NCBI GenBank assembly: GCA_963820525.1
Contig: CAWGAA010000001.1
Span: forward strand, 2,272,001-2,336,000
DNA length: 64,000 nucleotides
Origin: an uncultured Spirochaetota bacterium
GTDB taxonomy: Bacteria; Spirochaetota; Spirochaetia; SZUA-6; Fen-1364
Reading direction: 5' to 3'
In this document: in pieces, positions 60,601-64,000 of the stretch
Layout: every line of letters starts with the position of its first letter
How positions within the stretch are numbered: the stretch's first letter is position 1
Translations under genes and position numbers: made by a program
The notes under the pieces: model-generated
Seen by the model: only the letters and a program-made list of their open reading frames with translations
Told to the model about the DNA's origin: nothing
The model's database searches: none

Positions 60601-63600
60601 TTCGCCTCCGCCAGTCCCGTGTCCGGGCCTTCGCCGTCGGTGTCGAGATCCACGGTGGCGGCCCAGTTGCTGCCGCCCGCAGCAAGGGCATAGGCTCCGC
60701 CGTCGACGGCGTACTCGACGCTCGCAATCTGAGACGCTTCGGCGACCGTGCCGGAGATCGTCATCGTCGGGCCCTGAGTCCAGCTCGAGGCCCCTGGCGC
60801 GGTCACGGCTACCACCGGTTTCGTGGTGTCGATGCGCACAAGCCGGGAGACCGTGGTCGTCTTTCCTGCCGCGTCGGTTACCGTGATCCGATATTCGTAT
60901 TCTCCGTCGTCATTATGCGTTCCGGTGTTGTCCACCGTCTTGGGATAGCTCCACGGCACATTGCTCTTCCCGGTCTTGGGCTGCGTGTCCACCGTGGCGT
61001 ACGCTCCCCCGTCCCGGGAGGCCTCCACCTTCACGCTCACAACTCCGTTGGTATCCGAAATCGTTCCCCCGATAGTGAAGTCCGCGGTCCTGTAGACCAG
61101 ATTCGGGGTAGCGATCTGATCCTCGATAATCGAAGGCGCAGAAAGATCGTAGCTGAACGCCACGCTTGACGTCGCGTCGGGGTTCAGCCCGTCGGAGGCC
61201 TTCATATACAGGGTCTTCGGCCCTTCCCCTCCGCCGCTCACGTCTATCGTCGCATTCCAGGCAAGCCCGGTCAACGCGATCGGCGTCCAGGTGGCGTTGT
61301 CAAGAGACCACGCTAATTGCGTCACGCCCTTTCCCGCGCCGTCGCTCACCGTGCCGCGGATCGTGTAGTTCGCCGCATCCGCCCAACCGCCGCTTGTCGG
61401 GTCTGTGATCGTCAAGACAGGGCTCGATGTGTCCACCATCGCCGTTCGGGTCGCGCTGGTGGTCTTGCCCACGACGTCACGCACCGTGATGACGTACTCG
61501 TAGTTGCCCTCGCTCAAGAGAGTTGTTCCCGGCGCCGCGGGGTCTCGCGGCAGGCCCGTCAGGCTCCACGCCTGGCTTGTCACGCTGTAGTTCTGGTTGA
61601 ACACTTCAATGGCCGTTCCGCCGTTCTTGCTCTGCGTCACCGTGACGTTGGCAAGCGCGTTGGTATCTTCCGCGGTCGCGTCCAACGTGAAGACCGCGTT
61701 CTTGAATTGCAGCCCGGTGGCCAGACTGATCCCGCTTAAGCTGGGATTCGACTGGTCGATCTGGAATGTGCGGGTTGCCACACCGCTGGTGTTGCTCGCG
61801 TTGTCGGTGGCACGGATGCTGAGGGTCTTCTGGCCCTCGCCGAGAGTGTTGAGATCCAGAGTCGCACTCCAACTCGAGGTACCGGTAGCGCTCTGCCAGG
61901 TGGTGCCGTTGGTGGACCACTCCACTGTAGCAACCCCGCTCAGGGGGTCGGTGGCCGTGCCCGATGCGTTGTATGCGGTTCCCGACAGCCACGCGCCCAC
62001 GCCGGGGTTGGAGATGCCGACAGTCGGCGCCGTGGTGTCGATCTGCACGGTGCGGGTCACCACGTGGGTGCGCCCCGCAACGTCGGTCAGGGTGGCCCTG
62101 TACTCGAAAAGCCCGTCGGCAAGCAGGGAGTCTGCAGGGGTTGCCGGGTCACGGGGCAGACCGGTGACGCTCCAGGGCTGCGGGGGTTGGGACCCGGAAA
62201 TGCCCTGGTTGTACACCTCGACGAAGGTTCCCGTACCCTTTTTCTGCTCGACCTTGATGCTGGCAAGAGCATTGGTATCAGCCGCCGTCCCATCCATTGG
62301 GAAGAGCGCGCTTCTGCCCACCACGCCGGTGGCGATATTGGTCACGGTAAGGACGGGGTTCGCCTGGTCTATGCCGAAATCGCGCTGAACCGTGGCGGAC
62401 CAGTTGCCCGCCGCGTCCACCGCCTTCACGGAGAGGCGGCGGTTGCCTTCCCCAAGGCCGCTTACGTCCATGAGGCCGGACCAGAAGGTGGTTCCGGTGG
62501 CCGTGTTCCAGGAGGAAAGGAGAGCAGGCGGAGTAGCGAGCGAATCTCCCGCCCACCAGTAGACCGCGGCCACTCCGGTTCCCGTCCCGTCCGAGGCATT
62601 TCCCGTTGCCGTGGAGGTGGAGCCGGAAAGCCAGGAAGAGCCCGCAGGAGCGGAGACGGCGAGTGTGGGCCCCGTAGTATCCACGACAAAACGATAGTCG
62701 GCCACGGTGGTCTTGGCGAAGCGGTCCGTGGCCCGGAACTTGTAGGTGTGGCTCCCGTCGAAGGTGTGGCCGGTTGTGTCGACGGCCACGGGGTAGCTCC
62801 ACGCGCCGCCGGGCGCGCTCAACACGGTCCAGGAGGCGCCGCCGTTGGTGCTCACCTCGACGTCGGACACGGTGTCGCTGTTCAGATCTGCAAGGCCGTT
62901 GGCATCGGAAGCGGTACCGCTGATGGCAAAGCCGGCGTTCACCACGGCGTCCTGGGCCGGGCTCGTCACCGAGGTGGAGGGCGGGTACTTGTCCACGACG
63001 AAGTACACGGGACCGATGGCATTGCTTGCGAACGGCAGGCCCATCTTCGCGGTGGCGAGGTCCGAGGCCTGGATGTGGAGGTAGTGCATGCCTTCGGCGA
63101 GGGAGGCTATGTTGTGCTCGAAGCTCACCACCTTGCCGCTGGGCCCCTTCTGGCTGACCGCAGCCCATGAGGCGGCCGCGTCGACGCTTATCTCGATGGT
63201 GGACGAGTCGAGGCTGTCATCGTCCGTTGCGCTTCCCTGCACCTTTGCGTTGGACTCGAGGAGGTTTCCCCATCCCAGCGCCGGGGTGTTTCGGGCGGCG
63301 CTCAAGTTCGTGAGGCTGATGACGGGTTTGTCTGAGGACTGATCCACGGCCAGGGCCTGGGCGACTTCCTGCGTGTTGCCGGCCAAATCTATGGCGCGGA
63401 TCCATGCATTGGTGACCGCGAGGTCGGTGAAGGTCGTGGTATCGATGACGAGGCTCGGAGTCGTCTTGTTGGTGGTTATCTCGGCAAAGGCGCCGCTGTC
63501 GCCATAGCGGTACCAGACGGTGGCCAGCCCCGTCGTATCGGAGACGGCCACGGTGAGGGTCACGATGCCGTTGACGGTGTTGGTGCCGATCACGGGCGTG

Positions 63601-63998
63601 AGCGACGTGAAGGTGACGGTGGGCTTCACCCTGTCGTATACGACGGTCCGGCTCACCGCCGCGGCGGTCTTGCCGGCCACGTCCGTGACGGTGATCGTAT
63701 ACTCGAAAGTTCCGTCGGTCTCGGCGCCGGGCACGCTCCAGCTCCAGGCCTGGCTCTTTCCGCTCAGGGCCTGGTTGAGGACGGTGGTGGAGGCCCCGCC
63801 GTTCTTCTTCTGCGTGATGGTGATGTTGGCCAGCGCATTGGTGTCGGCGGCGGTACCGCTCAGGCTGAAGGCGATATTGCGATACGCGGGAGTCGGCCCG
63901 ATGGAGGTCTCGGTCAGGGTGGGGTTGGCCTGGTCGAGGAAGAAGGATCGGATTGCAACGGCGCTCTGGTTTCCGGCAAAGTCGACGGCAACGGCGCG
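51645..63998 (-). CDS. Giant (>4100 aa) extracellular protein with tandem bacterial Ig-like domains and a probable C-terminal beta-propeller; 5' end outside the window
   Basis: Frame is open from the window edge to the stop at 51645; repeated D-x-x-x-P...GTASD...W...G...A-x-D-x-AGN units; T/S/G/V-rich; C-terminal blade-like repeats (DVGLWSDIGID, GSYVSMVVD, VGPWSRISL). Confidence 0.88.
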   Translation of the reverse strand, partial: RAVAVDFAGNQSAVAIRSFFLDQANPTLTETSIGPTPAYRNIAFSLSGTAADTNALANITITQKKNGGASTTVLNQALSGKSQAWSWSVPGAETDGTFEYTITVTDVAGKTAAAVSRTVVYDRVKPTVTFTSLTPVIGTNTVNGIVTLTVAVSDTTGLATVWYRYGDSGAFAEITTNKTTPSLVIDTTTFTDLAVTNAWIRAIDLAGNTQEVAQALAVDQSSDKPVISLTNLSAARNTPALGWGNLLESNAKVQGSATDDDSLDSSTIEISVDAAASWAAVSQKGPSGKVVSFEHNIASLAEGMHYLHIQASDLATAKMGLPFASNAIGPVYFVVDKYPPSTSVTSPAQDAVVNAGFAISGTASDANGLADLNSDTVSDVEVSTNGGASWTVLSAPGGAWSYPVAVDTTGHTFDGSHTYKFRATDRFAKTTVADYRFVVDTTGPTLAVSAPAGSSWLSGSTSTATGNASDGTGTGVAAVYWWAGDSLATPPALLSSWNTATGTTFWSGLMDVSGLGEGNRRLSVKAVDAAGNWSATVQRDFGIDQANPVLTVTNIATGVVGRSALFPMDGTAADTNALASIKVEQKKGTGTFVEVYNQGISGSQPPQPWSVTGLPRDPATPADSLLADGLFEYRATLTDVAGRTHVVTRTVQIDTTAPTVGISNPGVGAWLSGTAYNASGTATDPLSGVATVEWSTNGTTWQSATGTSSWSATLDLNTLGEGQKTLSIRATDNASNTSGVATRTFQIDQSNPSLSGISLATGLQFKNAVFTLDATAEDTNALANVTVTQSKNGGTAIEVFNQNYSVTSQAWSLTGLPRDPAAPGTTLLSEGNYEYVITVRDVVGKTTSATRTAMVDTSSPVLTITDPTSGGWADAANYTIRGTVSDGAGKGVTQLAWSLDNATWTPIALTGLAWNATIDVSGGGEGPKTLYMKASDGLNPDATSSVAFSYDLSAPSIIEDQIATPNLVYRTADFTIGGTISDTNGVVSVKVEASRDGGAYATVDTQPKTGKSNVPWSYPKTVDNTGTHNDDGEYEYRITVTDAAGKTTTVSRLVRIDTTKPVVAVTAPGASSWTQGPTMTISGTVAEASQIASVEYAVDGGAYALAAGGSNWAATVDLDTDGEGPDTGLAEANHVLHVRATDAAALVSLTVDVAFAVDQNAPTVTVGSPAVNSYVTGANLAVNGTGIDLNGLSTWDHDSNPGTPEVKYIEVFHPGTPGTWEKMQVDDTAIGVTADHVAGIFTSAAPHGLSAGQVVYFGGTTLPGGLDGGTPYYVLYLDPTTFEVSSSSGGAKVDFASDGAGVTASRMSWADSIPTASIGEGMSKKVSIRATDIYGRSTSVDVPIKVDTAAPTAAIGSPADGDWKKGAFSISGTASDATSGLSKVQVAVMLSGQPGSGDWKDASGTATWSYTYDSSSFTDDRTIYVRAVDNAGNVTSPLASQAVHLDQVPPTLSDITFQVGTNPANPYTPGVTVYTNTAFTLAGAAADNGSLVNVTVEQSTDNGLTYTNVATITTTPETWSWGRDATWVTAASEGAYLYRAISHDAAGSASVSSIYTLVIDKSLPNTPVITAPVLTDVFSGISLSAAATASDAGPAGLQTVEMKLSTDVGWTASVYNGTAWTATITLGSEGQKTLQCQAKDKAGNISGTASVTFWKDDSPPGGSITAPTANAYRNGAVTVSMTASDTNGVSSIAVSLADAALHASNGVLTRTGGDVYNGTWDDSAAPLSVSGLDDGVCTLTATLTDVAGRTSTATRNISLDRVKPTVSFLTPAASATTNKTISVTGTSSDNVAVQSLTLHIVKDTTVTANNLTDIFTTTAANNLSAGDVVSFTGTTLPTGISAATSYYVISENLDSTHFEVSATPNGARLDFSTDGVDVKAPLVALTLSPTGSYSWNLAALDTTAADVVNASTLVSGTKYGITLRAMATDIAGNKSAYNAQHPEYTDRSFFIDQQSDRPTIKLTNVNPNGTTTLKLTNTVYGTVSDDDGVTKLEIGEAAFDGVTVTPNSGSDVFATGSAHGLVAGTAVYFGGTALPAGISANTRYYVISEGLDATHFEVSQTLDGTKLDYTSDGTDVTISAFQTVTADASWSYDASSGDGTKRLYFRVTDASSTVFTTDLSNEPRIQDAADDTSVTFKVDTKTPEVDPTITIETCLPATANDTSDIITTDSAHGLASGNTVTFSATGLPGGISANTTYFVVAVPTSTQIQVSATSGGPVVDITSAGSGVFVHLAAKSLTTNMPFGGPTGRFNIRYSARDENGVASVVVAIPGIGNVTASVVGSPVAWPGYTPYETGVTNVTALSDGAKDVVATVTDGSGLASTATRTILVDNSAPSLGFLTPVNAAIVNGEVTVKGTASDSGSGLDTVMYRLGKNYTSQSPTAVGGTVYTWEIPFLNPSKIDNYSSMYSGLVDRTTGEEKSFTAAALVSNPNAAVGNTIKINGAYRVIATWTPAAGTVTWTGADVAVGTSQEYEVYTDVSAIHDSYTGVDLFVFPMVLRATDKAGNSTESLPITGAGATRSNPTSLSSAAIQNNTRIAVGQVVFIGNNARLITGWTPASGTVSWSGDVSIGETDFTIYPYSLRIDPNGDKPVASVSYPDANMTLGGSIRIYGSAIDDDGVAEVAMQIDCNNDGQFTAADTAGGTDWYNGGNGHTVIGSNNWYEVINSSQEFDPSGETPNPISFRVRAKDINGTLGPWSQPRTILVDKNVPKIGSTVPLYLEKVGDPTTTVTYTAGMYIKGNWYLKGSIENESALSSVSLSAPISKSIFWNGSVYTGDTGSFTLVTPSVPPYTNGLYKRIDLNVEIDSPGNSVVPLNFTLAAVDVAAQPKSSSLDMRITIDTKPPTAPTGPDFDNLTKFMVQDNGWCKLTGSALDEGSDVDRVEVYFIRRGMGNPANDRMYNPLAGNTKAYLSDFAFSGYEPVRTGTGTRPSQTSLVDASLIAAPAAALINKGQKIAIGGTIRTIDTWTPGSGTITWADGVVDQGLTAYSIDLAISIDHKNITESHDGASVLNDDGDGYVEKLRQTVGDTYDWYVDVNSANIPDGPIEIHYVVYDEAGNAAHYQIATSVQNSGPQLGAMWLGTDLDKNGSIDETPSSTEREKFLFTQGTNPVTYLTSVSTSYKVKAAPMYILYEITGGNGILETQVSAGPNTGSLSAVGTYVVRNGGTGTPITSLLLDATALSAITDGTRTFRSVIWDTTEETTRLTDSQHIQRDIVCKIKVTDSKAPVAYLNNFFWNSASDNSLYLNLKTNGHIELAGIDDSDPDVSGKISIRGTTGDDQGVVYIWMHIDNFTFPHAATIPTTSIGGQTYYRIANYDPLGSPPANWTSMNGFMVPSDTFGTNGWKFTVVSSTFSQAGHSVVWRLDWDSARISHIAVNDQNIRIVAEDKAATRSAVTADNTTLSGTGTRADTTHISDVNLQGRTTLWDNLPITVGSTNTTVADYDSGSGVIELAVPVAVGSTSYSITLPPNKPAYQVDVVPYITSITRQSPYPTNRTKYGKFLVNAGETNLTMTGFNLGDGTDTPTVTINRTPFLVVATNGDNRLNATAHGLANGTIVWITATTLPTGISSNVGYYVVNTAANYFQVSLTSGGPAVDFTSDGADVKVSVQQNTVTVSGSGSPYTSLTFTGTQMVNSGYLKVVVNGQPSINNTDSNSAEYNNEGGSGLWDDDRYMSVFDVGDYFAGSDAPEWPSMSINPTNSHVYGAWSSYNSGASYYSMPNSYGGAATEIWSGVDPAEYTDLFVRNNAGVDVRHSVVLENQNMTGTWQGLNSFIDTGSSRQIEREGNSDPPPANHSDGQDEMLFQFKNPRFTVKVGAAPANDVKYISYYDGWSKCLKYGVVTGGTGTFIGQNHLTDNQVVVDGYDFLAGAAPDYKYASSEDVGLWSDIGIDPDDGVPVIVYYSNTNKTLKIARGWNTQPVGNFNATAPYAPSATHQWEIDLIQPVNSFLGSYVSMVVDSNDAASSTYGDLFIMTFQNADGNLVFIHGHDVDGTGAGVQYTFDAPVTIDSVESVGPWSRISLMYIGTTAIPYVSYENASSVGTLGGLKIAWVKSGTGSSADDWEYGTIPVNDPVRDHRTNIVTSSTLNIGRYVAGVAQSADIAIGYAGSRFNLVYHKKEQ

Positions 63999-64000
63999 CA

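Noticed and set aside
1..64000. CRISPR arrays, tRNA/rRNA genes, IS elements, prophage
   Set aside because: No regularly spaced nucleotide repeats, RNA gene signatures, transposase or integrase motifs seen; the giant gene's repeats are diverged protein-level repeats.

Overview
GC-rich bacterial chromosomal window. The gene set suggests an anaerobe, and a Spirochaetota affiliation is plausible, but that is inference only. No rRNA, tRNA, CRISPR array or transposase was recognised. Left to right: ygeY reading in frame into the start of a xanthine dehydrogenase Mo subunit (absent from the ORF track); a frameshifted plasmalogen/ether-lipid synthase-type gene (PlsA/Ger architecture) followed by a CruF-family membrane protein and a DinB gene; a flagellin homologue with a Sec-type signal peptide; a TRAP + kduD/kduI + IclR locus with a shared operator; azlCD; two oxidoreductases; a deleted ABC exporter remnant; a DUF2089 + pentapeptide-repeat operon; TetR-GH13; ygfK-ssnA with two PLP enzymes; a GlpA-like gene and regulators; an SH3-M48-CHASE2 cyclase triad; a coupled five-gene operon (ABC-type ATPase, GTPase, Fe-S protein, cysteate synthase, cysteate acyltransferase) pointing to sulfonolipid synthesis with an uncharacterised accessory module; pstSCABB-phoU; a KimA-like transporter; an RraA-family gene; two orphan solute-binding proteins; and the 3' part of a >4100-aa Ig-repeat surface protein with two families of inserted modules. 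Strongest leads: the sulfonolipid operon with its ATPase/GTPase/Fe-S trio, and the signal-peptide flagellin. Several small frameshifts suggest assembly indels. All family calls are by eye from motifs; no searches were run.
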